DNA from: an uncultured Negativicutes bacterium
GTDB taxonomy: Bacteria; Bacillota; Negativicutes; JBAXTZ01
Direction: 5' to 3'
NCBI GenBank assembly: GCA_963721525.1
Contig: CAVRJL010000006.1
Coordinates: 29,877 to 93,876 of the forward strand
DNA: 64,000 bases
Notes under the pieces: model-generated
Database searches by the model: none
What the model was told of the DNA's origin: nothing
What the model saw: the letters and a program-made list of their open reading frames with translations, nothing else
Translations under genes and position numbers: made by a program
Shown: positions 1 through 9,552 of the stretch, piece after piece
Numbering within the stretch: position 1 is the stretch's first letter
Layout of the letters: every line of letters starts with the position of its first letter

Positions 1-402
1 AGCACTGGATACGAAGATGATATCAAGAAGAAAAAATTTAAAAAAACAGCTTTTTCTGGATTGCTTTCTTCAGATATTTATTCAGGTAACGAGTATATGT
101 TCGATTATGTAAATATGAAATTTAAAAAAGATAAAAGTTCCGATTATTTAATCAATAAAAAATTTTTTAATTTATTAATAAAAAATGCAAAAAATAAAAT
201 CTTAACAGCATCTGAAAATATTTTAAACGGATTTATGCATATAAAGCCAGTAAAATGCAAAAATTTAGCGTGCGAATACTGCTCATTTATTGATATTTGT
301 CGATTTGACCAATCTTTAGGGGACAAATATGAAATAAAAGCTATTGCAGATACCGAAGTATTTAAAAAATTAGAAACAGAGCTTGGATATAACAATGAGT
401 AA
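1..402 (+). CDS. addB: AddB helicase/nuclease subunit, C-terminal part (5' truncated by the window edge)
   Basis: Frame 1 is open from base 1. C-terminal ACEYCSFIDICRFD Fe-S staple motif. Overlaps the addA start. Confidence 0.85.
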   Translation, partial: STGYEDDIKKKKFKKTAFSGLLSSDIYSGNEYMFDYVNMKFKKDKSSDYLINKKFFNLLIKNAKNKILTASENILNGFMHIKPVKCKNLACEYCSFIDICRFDQSLGDKYEIKAIADTEVFKKLETELGYNNE

Positions 403-3400
403 TTATTTATTTAAAGATGCCCAAAATAGGGAATACATAAGAAATCAATTTGGGAAAAATATTTTAGTATCTGCTTCTGCTGGTTCAGGTAAAACTTCGT
501 CTCTTACTCAAAGGGCAATTAATGTACTAAAAAATAAGGACGAAAACGGTAATTATTATTCTATTGACCAAATATTACTTGTAACGTTTACTGATGCGGC
601 AGCTACAGAAATAAAAGAAAGAATAGGTAGCATTTTAGCTAAAGAAGCGAAAGAGGCAGAGACAAACGCTGATTTTGATTTGGTAAAACATTTATATCGT
701 CAACAATTATTGTTGGGGCAAGCATGGATATCAACAATTCATTCTTTATGTGCGCGCCTTATTCGCCGGTATTTTCATCTATTAGAAATTGACGCTAAAT
801 TTCGTTTAGCTGACGAAACAGAATCTCGTATGTTAATGCAAGATTGTGTAGAATATTTATTTGAGCGATATTATAATAAGAAAGATAATGATTTTATTTT
901 ATTGACAAAATGGTTTTGTTCAGATCTAAATGATAACGCATTATACAAAGCAATATTTGATATTTATAAATTTACCTGTAATAGAATAGATAAAGAAGAA
1001 TGGCTAAATAATTGTTCAGATCAATTTTGGCCAAAAAATGCGCAAAAGATTACTGAGTGTGAATGGGGAAGAGAATTTTTAAACTATGTTTATACCAAAT
1101 TGGAAAAAGCATTATGTTTATTGGAAAAAGGAATACAAACGGGAAGACACAGTGATGCAATGGAAACTATATTACAAATATGTTTTAATGAGCAAAATCA
1201 ACTTAGGCGGATAAAAAATTATAAAAATTATTCTCAATTACGAGAAAATTTACGAAAAGTAAAATTTGAAAGTTGGAGAAAATGTATAAGAAATGAAAAA
1301 GTATTAAAGAATAATGTTGAAAAATTCGACAAAATAAAAAAATTTATAAATGAACAAAGAAAAATAATAAAAACTTTAACAAAAAATTTTTTTCAGACAG
1401 AAGAAGAAATAATAAAAAAAAATAATACTGTTCGTTTAATAATAGAAAAACTAATAGAAGTGACAAAAAATTTTATTACAGTTTATGCATTAAGAAAAAA
1501 GGAAAAATCAATTTTCGATTTTAATGATTTAGAAAGATATTGCCTGAAATTATTAACTGGCAATAATAACGAACCTTTAAAGGATTTACAAAATAAATTT
1601 GTACAGATTTTTATAGATGAATATCAAGATATAAATGAAGTACAGGAAGCTATATTACAAAAATTAAATGGAAATAATTTCAACAGATTTATGGTAGGTG
1701 ATGTTAAACAAAGCATTTACAGATTTAGATATGCAGAACCAACAATTTTTTTAAAAAAATATAATATTTATCCTGAACATGATAATGCTAATTGTCGAAA
1801 AATTGATTTGTCATTAAACTTTCGAAGTTGCTCAAAAGTATTAAAAACAATTAATTTTATTTTCGAAAAAATAATGACAATAGAAACAGCATACATCAAT
1901 TACAATGAGAGTGTGTCCTTAAAATTAGGCGCAAAAATGTACTGGAAAGAGAATATTCATCGTAATGCCTTGGATCATTCTACAGAACTTCATTTTGTCT
2001 GTAAAAAAAATAAAGAAAATCGAGAATTGAATATTGATGAAGAGGAAGGAGACAAAAACGACTTTATTTATGAAGGACAAGTTATAGCCGATAGAATTAA
2101 TGAAATGGTTTCTCAAAGTAAATTAACTTACGATAAAATACTTGATATATGGCGTCCTATCCAATATAAAGATATAGCTGTTTTATTTCGTTCGAGTAGA
2201 CATATATCTAACTTAGTCAATATTTTACGCAATAATGGAATACCCAGCCATACAAACCGCATTGAAGGATTTTTTCTTTCATTTGAAATAAAAATTATGA
2301 TTTCTTTATTAAGCGTAATTGATAATCCATTACAAGATATTCATCTTGTTGGAGTATTAAGATCTCCATTATTTGAGTTTAATAATGATGAATTAGCACA
2401 AATTCGCTTATATGAACGTATTGGATATTTTTGGGATGGAATACAAAAAGCTACTGAATCCGAAATAGAAAATGAATTGAAAAATAAATGTTTAAATTTT
2501 ATTAAGGAGATAAATTTTTGGCGAGAATTAAGTAGAAGAACATCGATATACGAACTTATTCAAGATATATATGAAACAAAAGATTTTTTGAATTATATAG
2601 CAGTATTACCTTTTGGGGATGTAAGGCAAGCTAACTTACGTTTGTTACAAGATAAAGCTTTACAGTACGAACAAACTGCTTATAAAGGACTATTTCGTTT
2701 TATAAAATATATTGAAGAATTGAAAGAAAGAAAAGTGAACTTAGCTCAAGGACAAATTTTAAGCGAAAGCGATAATATTGTACGTGTTTCAACTATACAT
2801 AGCAGTAAGGGATTGGAATATCCAGTAGTAATAATAGGTGAATTAGGAAGAAAATTATTAACTGAAAAAGATATTGATAATAAATTATTTAATTTGCATA
2901 AACAACTAGGTATAGGGATGAAATTTGTCGATTTGAAAAGTAATATAGTTTTTGCTAGTGAAATTAATAATTTAATTAATTATAAGTTAGAACAAGAAAT
3001 GATAGCTGAAGAAATAAGAATATTATATGTAGCTATGACTCGTGCTAGAGAAAAACTTATACTTGTTACAAACATCCAAAAAAAAAGTAGTTTGATTAAT
3101 AGTGTAAAAACCAAATGGAAGCCGGCAATTTCTATAATGGAAAATGAAAAAATCAATAGCATAGATATAGCATCTCATAAATCTTGGCTTGATTGGATAA
3201 TGATGGCATTATTAACAGATGAAGAAGCTTTAAAAATTATAGAAAACGAATATTCGCAAGGAATAGCTTATAACGGATGGAAAATATTCATTACGGATAC
3301 CGAACAAATAAAAATTAAAGAACCTACTTTAGATCATAATTATATCTTTTTAAAAAAAATTGCTTCAGTATCTATTACAAAAAATATATTGCATATTGTA

Positions 3401-4054
3401 AATAAAATGATTGATTGGAAATATCCTTATCCTCAAAATAATAATTCCCCTAAAATAACTGTAAGTCAGTCAAAAATGTTAAATGAGCAACTAATAGAAC
3501 TTGAACCTGAACAGGTACCTTCTTCATTTTTTAAGAAAAAAGAATTTCTTAAAAAATGTTCTAATACAAAAATAGTTGCAGATATGGAAGTAGGCCTAGC
3601 TTATCATGAAATTTTTCAAAGGTTAGATTTCAATATACATAATAATTTAGAAAAAATAAATAATTTAATTGAGAATTTAGAAAAAAATACTATTATAAAT
3701 AATAAACAAGCAAAAAGTATTAACATTTTAAAAATATTAGGTTTTACAAAAAGCGCACTTGCAAATAGAATAAAAAAATCAACCATAGTAAAAAGAGAAC
3801 AGTCTTTTTTACTACGTAAAAAGGTTAATGGAAATAATATGCTATTACAAGGTGTAATTGATTTATTTTTTGTAGAAGATAATAAAATTGTTATTATTGA
3901 TTTTAAGGCTAATAATTTAACTGCTCAACAAATCGAAAAAAAATGTTTGGTACGATTAAATTGTTATGCTGAAGCTATAAAAGAAATAACAGGTCTAAAA
4001 GTAATGCAAAAAATCATTTGGCTTATATTAAAAGAGCAAGAAGTAATATTATAA
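395..4054 (+). CDS. addA: AddA ATP-dependent helicase/nuclease subunit
   Basis: UvrD-family motifs SASAGSGKT, VTFTDAAA, IDEYQD, VGDVKQSIYRFR, TIHSSKGLEY, RILYVAMTRA; C-terminal QGVIDL nuclease region. ATG at 395 preferred over TTG at 383. Confidence 0.95.
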   Translation: MSNYLFKDAQNREYIRNQFGKNILVSASAGSGKTSSLTQRAINVLKNKDENGNYYSIDQILLVTFTDAAATEIKERIGSILAKEAKEAETNADFDLVKHLYRQQLLLGQAWISTIHSLCARLIRRYFHLLEIDAKFRLADETESRMLMQDCVEYLFERYYNKKDNDFILLTKWFCSDLNDNALYKAIFDIYKFTCNRIDKEEWLNNCSDQFWPKNAQKITECEWGREFLNYVYTKLEKALCLLEKGIQTGRHSDAMETILQICFNEQNQLRRIKNYKNYSQLRENLRKVKFESWRKCIRNEKVLKNNVEKFDKIKKFINEQRKIIKTLTKNFFQTEEEIIKKNNTVRLIIEKLIEVTKNFITVYALRKKEKSIFDFNDLERYCLKLLTGNNNEPLKDLQNKFVQIFIDEYQDINEVQEAILQKLNGNNFNRFMVGDVKQSIYRFRYAEPTIFLKKYNIYPEHDNANCRKIDLSLNFRSCSKVLKTINFIFEKIMTIETAYINYNESVSLKLGAKMYWKENIHRNALDHSTELHFVCKKNKENRELNIDEEEGDKNDFIYEGQVIADRINEMVSQSKLTYDKILDIWRPIQYKDIAVLFRSSRHISNLVNILRNNGIPSHTNRIEGFFLSFEIKIMISLLSVIDNPLQDIHLVGVLRSPLFEFNNDELAQIRLYERIGYFWDGIQKATESEIENELKNKCLNFIKEINFWRELSRRTSIYELIQDIYETKDFLNYIAVLPFGDVRQANLRLLQDKALQYEQTAYKGLFRFIKYIEELKERKVNLAQGQILSESDNIVRVSTIHSSKGLEYPVVIIGELGRKLLTEKDIDNKLFNLHKQLGIGMKFVDLKSNIVFASEINNLINYKLEQEMIAEEIRILYVAMTRAREKLILVTNIQKKSSLINSVKTKWKPAISIMENEKINSIDIASHKSWLDWIMMALLTDEEALKIIENEYSQGIAYNGWKIFITDTEQIKIKEPTLDHNYIFLKKIASVSITKNILHIVNKMIDWKYPYPQNNNSPKITVSQSKMLNEQLIELEPEQVPSSFFKKKEFLKKCSNTKIVADMEVGLAYHEIFQRLDFNIHNNLEKINNLIENLEKNTIINNKQAKSINILKILGFTKSALANRIKKSTIVKREQSFLLRKKVNGNNMLLQGVIDLFFVEDNKIVIIDFKANNLTAQQIEKKCLVRLNCYAEAIKEITGLKVMQKIIWLILKEQEVIL

Positions 4055-4091
4055 AAACTTAAACAAATATTAATAGTAAAATTATTTGAAA

Positions 4092-4482
4092 TTAAGTATC
4101 GATATGGATAAAAGACTTGTTGAATGGACACGTCTTATTTTTGGCGGAAATGTTGTGGTAACAATTATTTGTCCGCATCATCGTCCGCAAATGGGAATAA
4201 TTCGCCCTAAAGTATTTAAAAAGCCTCAAGAAGATTTTACAAAAGTAGGTAAAATTATAAAATTTAAAACAACCGTAGAAGAAAAAGATTTAAAAACAAA
4301 AATTATAAAAACTATAAAAAACAATGAAGTAAATTGCAATCTAGAAGAAGCTAAAATAATTGTGGCAGGTGGCAGAGGATTGCAATTGCAAGAAAATTTT
4401 ATTTTATTAAAAGAGTTAGCCAGTGTACTAGGTGGAGTTGTAGGAGCAAGTCGTGCTGTCGTAGATGTTGGTTTGATACCTT
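4092..4482 (+). pseudogene. Partial, inverted, degenerate copy of etfA (internal ~390 bp)
   Basis: Near-identical to the reverse complement of ~16194-16584, with about 10 substitutions, mostly non-synonymous. Lacks both ends of etfA. Confidence 0.9.
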
Positions 4483-4505
4483 TAATATGAAATATGTTAC
4501 TATTG

Positions 4506-5744
4506 TCAAGATATCGCTTCCATTTCTCGTAATTTTAAATAATCTTTTTCCAATAAATTTTTATCTAAATTGTATAAAAGTACGAGTCCTTCTATTTCAG
4601 TGGAAGGACTCGTAGCCTTTGTTAGCGAATTATTATCAAAAACCCATTTATGAGCAATATTAGAAGATATAGATTTTAGATTATCATCATAAAAATTTCG
4701 TATATCTTGCAGAAGAACAACCTTTCCATTACCCACGAATTTTTGAGGAAATTCGAAATATTCATAAAGTTTATTTTTGATACCTGCTACTATCAACATA
4801 GCTTGATTGTAACCAAAAATTTTTGTTTCTAATTCACTTATTAATCCCTCAAGACCTACTATCCTGCAATTTATTTCCAATAAGAATAACTCAGTATTAA
4901 CCTTGATCAGATCTGCATTAACCATACCATTTTTTACACCGAGTGCAGTTAACACTTTCCTTACGTATTCAATAATATTTTGATTGTGTATGGGATTAAT
5001 TGCATTCACTGAATGATATTGAGATATACCCTTTACCAGAATTTTATCACAAGAATAAATTCCGCTTATGTAATGTTCCCCGTTAAAACTAAAACTATTA
5101 ACCAGGTATTCTTCTCCATTAATAGATTCTTGCACAATGATCTCCTCTGACAAACTGGTATTTATTATCGAATTTCTGATTATAGTTACAAGCATTTGAA
5201 TTTTTTTAAGAAATTCAATATGTGTTTCACATTTTATTGCACTTATACCAGAAACGGATCCGTTAGGTTTAATAAATATTGGAAAAACGAAGTCTTTTAT
5301 CTGCTTCTTAAGTTTTTTTTCATTAATATCGTTAATGGAGAATTTGAATTGTTTTATTGCTTTTATTCCAGCCGAACGCAACGCTTCTTGCATATCAAAT
5401 TTATTTTTTCGTATCTTACTTGTAGAAATATCATTTGCATATTTAGGTGTAACCATTGATGTAATGTATTCTACTAGTTCAAGATTATCTTCATTTCCAG
5501 CTACTACAAATGTTACGTTATATTTATTAGAAATGTCCTGCGCTGTAACTAACTCTATTCCTTTTGTACTATAAAAAATCGCTTCAAAACATTTTTTTTC
5601 TTCAGAATATTTGTTCAACCATACAGGATCATCTATATTTAATAATAGAGATCCAATGTTGTTTTTATGTAATTCATCGAGTAAAGTAAGTATTGATGCG
5701 CGAGGATTTATTATCATACAATATTCGGAATATCTATTGCTCAT
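4506..5744 (-). CDS. ATP-grasp domain protein (L-amino-acid-ligase-like)
   Basis: RKNKFDMQEAL, PIFIKP, IVQESINGEEY and LLEINCRIVG ATP-grasp motifs; 412 aa; GGAG SD upstream. Confidence 0.8.
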   Translation of the reverse strand: MSNRYSEYCMIINPRASILTLLDELHKNNIGSLLLNIDDPVWLNKYSEEKKCFEAIFYSTKGIELVTAQDISNKYNVTFVVAGNEDNLELVEYITSMVTPKYANDISTSKIRKNKFDMQEALRSAGIKAIKQFKFSINDINEKKLKKQIKDFVFPIFIKPNGSVSGISAIKCETHIEFLKKIQMLVTIIRNSIINTSLSEEIIVQESINGEEYLVNSFSFNGEHYISGIYSCDKILVKGISQYHSVNAINPIHNQNIIEYVRKVLTALGVKNGMVNADLIKVNTELFLLEINCRIVGLEGLISELETKIFGYNQAMLIVAGIKNKLYEYFEFPQKFVGNGKVVLLQDIRNFYDDNLKSISSNIAHKWVFDNNSLTKATSPSTEIEGLVLLYNLDKNLLEKDYLKLREMEAIS

Positions 5745-5859
5745 ATTTTTCTCCTATTTTATATAATTTTATTTTTGAAATAATGTTATTAAAAAATACG
5801 TATTATTTAAAGCCCAAAGCCAACAGTGTTTTTAGTATAAGTGAGAAATATTTTTTTGG

Positions 5860-7362
5860 TTATGTTCTAATAACAATTAACTTTTCCCATTCTTCATCAC
5901 TTATCTTTAGATGTGTTAATTTAGACATTAATATGACGTAAAAAAACAAAGCAGTTAGTACTCCAATAATCCAACCAAAAAGATATAAAAAACTCAATGA
6001 CTCAAATAAACGACCCATTAAAGCTGGTATAATAGCAACTATCCAAACAACGAAGGCTTTTTTGTTAAATCCAGATGAATACCAATAACGATTATTTGTT
6101 TTTTCACTGTAAAGTTCGATTAAGTTAATTCGACGTTTTTTTATAATATAATAATCTGCAATAAAAATACCTGCTAATGGAGCTAACAAGACTCCATATA
6201 ATCCCAACCAATCAAAAATATATGCATTTGCAGAACTAAGTAATTTCCATGGCATAATAATAATCCCAGATATAGCAGTAAAAGTTACAGCCATTTTATA
6301 AGAAATATGTTTTGGCCATATACTAGAAATATCATTAGCAGTAGCTAACATATTTGCGGCAACATTAAGCACAACTGTGGAAATAAGGATAGCTACCGAG
6401 CCTAAAATAATTACCCAACCATTTTTTGTTATTGATAAAACAGATACAGGATCCCAAATATACGCACCATAAAGAATTTTTGTTGCACCTGTAACAAAAA
6501 TTCCTACAAATGAACAAATCATCATAGTTCCTGGAAGACTAAATAAAATACTTACATTATGCTCTTTTTGACTTCTAACAAAGCGACTTAAATCAGGAAT
6601 ATTCAATGATAAAGTTGACCAAAAAGCTATGTTGGCTATCAATCCAGCAAGATATATTGACCAAAACTTAGTACCTATTAAGATATCACTTTTAAAATAA
6701 AAAGAAGAGAAAAAAGAATATCCTTTTTCTCTTAATTTTATTAAAAACAAAACAAATAGAGAAATAAAAAAAACTGCTAAAATTGGAGCTGCTATAGCTT
6801 TAGCTTTTTTTATTAAATTTATTCCTGAATAGCATAAATATGTGCATAAAACAAGTGTAAGAAAAAAACAAACAAAATCGACTATAATATTATTTTTTAG
6901 ATTTGGAAAAAAATATATCGGAATACAACTAAGAGCTTGTCCTCCAATCCAACAATTTATTCCAAACCATCCAGCGCCAACTATTCTTCGTGCTAAAGCT
7001 GCAACCATAGCACCACGCATTCCAAAGCATAAGCGTGCAAATACTGGATAAGGGATTCCATACTTTATTCCTACATTTGAATTCAATATTATTATAAACA
7101 TTATAATAATATTGCCAATTAATACATTGGAAATCGTTTCCCAAAAACTTAATCCCATTGACATTAATCCTGATGCTAACATATAGATTGGCACATTAAA
7201 ACACATAGATACCCAAAGAGCAACAATATTATATACTCCCCATGAACGATCTTGTAGTTTAGTAGGTGCTAAATCATGGTTATACTAAACACTGTTTTTG
7301 CTCAACTTTTTTTCTGTTTTTTCTTCTAAATAAAACTTATTTTTAAATTGAACTTGTTTCAT
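5860..7362 (-). pseudogene. NCS1 nucleobase:cation symporter (uracil/allantoin permease, PydP-like) with an in-frame TAG at codon 26
   Basis: Reads MKQVQF...KNSV*YNHDLAPTKLQDRSWGVYNIVALWVSMCFNVP from the ATG at 7362 (SD GGGAGA); TAG at 7287-7285. NCS1 motifs GIKYGIPYPV, GWFGINCWIGG, LSLNIPDLSRF, PWKL. Confidence 0.8.
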
Positions 7363-7479
7363 TAATTAATCTCCCATTCATATTCTATTATAACCACAGA
7401 GCACCTATTCATTTTGAACTTGTTTCATTAATTAATCTCCCATTCATATTCTATTATAACCACAGAGCACCTATTCATT
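7348..7479. repeat. Exact 66-bp tandem duplication (2 copies) covering a -10-like TATAAT, the RBS and the first 5 codons of the NCS1 gene
   Basis: ttgaacttgtttcattaattaatctcccattcatattctattataaccacagagcacctattcatt at 7348-7413 and 7414-7479. Confidence 0.95.
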
Positions 7480-7537
7480 ACAACAGTTAAATGTATAAGC
7501 ATATTAAATCATTGATTTATAAATAACATTTAAGGTA

Positions 7538-8752
7538 CTAAATATTATTTATTTTAGTATGAGATTTTTGTAATTTTAGTACTCCATACGGACAAACATG
7601 AATACATAATGAGCATCCATCACAGATTTCATTATTAATAGATATTTCTCCATCTATGAATTGTATAGCCGCTTGGCCGCTTTCCGAGCACGAAATAAGG
7701 CATTTAGCGCATTTTGTACATTTATCTGGATTAATAACAGCAGCGCGCACAGGCCACAACATATTTAATTTTTCACGAGCTATAATTTTAGGGACAGCTT
7801 TACCAGTTATGTCTAGTAAATTAATTATATTTTTCTTCTCTACATATTCTTCTAATCCTTTTAAAAGAGAGGTAATAATTTGATAACCACTAAGCATAAC
7901 TTCTGTACATATTTGTACAGAACTTGAGCCAACTGCGTAGTGTTCTATAATATCTTGCCATTTAGATATACCGCCGATTCCAATAATCGGTACATTAACT
8001 GCTTGAGCTATTTGTGCAACGCAACGTAGGGCTATCGGCTTAATTGCTCTCCCGGAATATCCCCCTAATGTTGAATGTCCATCAACTGTAGGTAAAGGTT
8101 CAAATGTATCAATATTTATTCCAATTAGTCCTTGTGTTGTATTTATTGCAGCAATTGCATCTGTACCAGCCTCCACTACAGCTTTAGCCATATTTTGGAT
8201 ATAACTAATATTTGGAGTAAGTTTGGCAATTATCGGAATTCTTACTACTTTTTTTACCCAAGAAATAATCTGTGCTGAATTTTCTACATCTTTACCAACA
8301 GCTGCTCCCATAGCATTATCTAAACGAAAATGTGGGCAAGATAAATTTATTTCTAAAGCATCTGCTCCAGCTTTTTCCATCCGCATTGCTAAATTTTGCC
8401 ATGGTTCACGATTAACCTCAGCAATAATACTTGCAATAACAACTTTATTTGGAAATTCACTTTTAAGCTCACGTATAGTTTTTTCCCAGTATTCACTAGG
8501 TTTTCTTGTTATACCTTCGAAATTAGCGAACCCTAAAATATCTTCATCTGTTCCTCGAATAACTCCAAATCTGTTAGGAGATTCATTTGTTAATAAATAA
8601 TTTGACGCACAGGTTTTAGTAGAAACACCTGCCCATCCTAATTTAAAAGCTTTTGCTATCCCTTCTTTGCTTTGAGTTGGAGATGCAGATGCCAAAATAC
8701 AAGGATTTTCTAGTTCAATATTACAGAATCGTACTCCTAATCTTGTACTCAT
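7538..8752 (-). CDS. preA: Dihydropyrimidine dehydrogenase PreA/PydA with C-terminal 2x[4Fe-4S] domain
   Basis: NPCILASA, EINLSCPH, KLTPNI, AINT, GGYSGRAIKPIALR; CTKCAKCLISC and CDGCSLCIHVCP. Confidence 0.92.
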   Translation of the reverse strand: MSTRLGVRFCNIELENPCILASASPTQSKEGIAKAFKLGWAGVSTKTCASNYLLTNESPNRFGVIRGTDEDILGFANFEGITRKPSEYWEKTIRELKSEFPNKVVIASIIAEVNREPWQNLAMRMEKAGADALEINLSCPHFRLDNAMGAAVGKDVENSAQIISWVKKVVRIPIIAKLTPNISYIQNMAKAVVEAGTDAIAAINTTQGLIGINIDTFEPLPTVDGHSTLGGYSGRAIKPIALRCVAQIAQAVNVPIIGIGGISKWQDIIEHYAVGSSSVQICTEVMLSGYQIITSLLKGLEEYVEKKNIINLLDITGKAVPKIIAREKLNMLWPVRAAVINPDKCTKCAKCLISCSESGQAAIQFIDGEISINNEICDGCSLCIHVCPYGVLKLQKSHTKINNI

Positions 8753-8813
8753 ATCTTATTCCCTTCTATCTTAATTAGTTTTATAGCGGATATAGCTATT
8801 ATTCTTCATAATA

Positions 8814-9536
8814 TTAAAAATTAAGTTCTTTTTTTATTTCATATATTTGAATTATAAATGTTGCTGTTAAGATGGCAACTCCTCCAATAATCTGCAATCT
8901 TTCCATTAGTTCTCCTAGTGTTATAAAAGCAATAATAGCTGCAATTACAGGTTCAATTGCAGCTGTTATTGCTACATTCGTAGGCGGTAAATAATGTACT
9001 CCTACATAAAATAGGCTATAGGGTAATAACGTATAACAAATTATTACATAAACATACATCCATAAAGGTACGATGGTAATATTTTGCCAATTTATTGATA
9101 CAGGTACAAATAAATAAATTAAAGATGCAAATAAGAAAGAATAAAAAATAATTGTAAATGGCTTGTATTTTTTACTAAGAGATTTACTTTTTAAAATATT
9201 GAAAGAATATAAAATTGCGCTCATTATACCAATTGCTATCCCAAAATTATTTAATGTGCTAAAAGAATATGATGAAATCATCAGTAATCCGCCAAATCCT
9301 ATAATTCCTAAAAATACAAAATGAATACCATCTTTATAATATATTTTAAAACATTTCGGAACAAAAATCCCAAGTATAAAAAATAATATAATAGTTGTTC
9401 CTATTAAACGAATTTTTAACAAAACTAAAGGATTTATTCCACATTTGTAAATATATTTTGTAACAGATCCGCCTCCACCTAACATTATAGTAGCTACTAC
9501 TATTGCTACATACCCTATTATAGAGTTATTTTTAAT
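8814..9536 (-). CDS. DMT/EamA family transporter, apparently internally deleted; probable ATT start at 9536 (ORF track starts at ATG 9485)
   Basis: Highly hydrophobic; EamA C-terminal motif AAIEPVIAAIIAFITLGE..QIIG. Frame is open upstream as IKNNSIIGYVAIVVATIML. ~240 aa against ~290-300 typical. Confidence 0.65.
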   Translation of the reverse strand: MKNNSIIGYVAIVVATIMLGGGGSVTKYIYKCGINPLVLLKIRLIGTTIILFFILGIFVPKCFKIYYKDGIHFVFLGIIGFGGLLMISSYSFSTLNNFGIAIGIMSAILYSFNILKSKSLSKKYKPFTIIFYSFLFASLIYLFVPVSINWQNITIVPLWMYVYVIICYTLLPYSLFYVGVHYLPPTNVAITAAIEPVIAAIIAFITLGELMERLQIIGGVAILTATFIIQIYEIKKELNF

Positions 9537-9552
9537 AAAGCTAATTTTCTTA

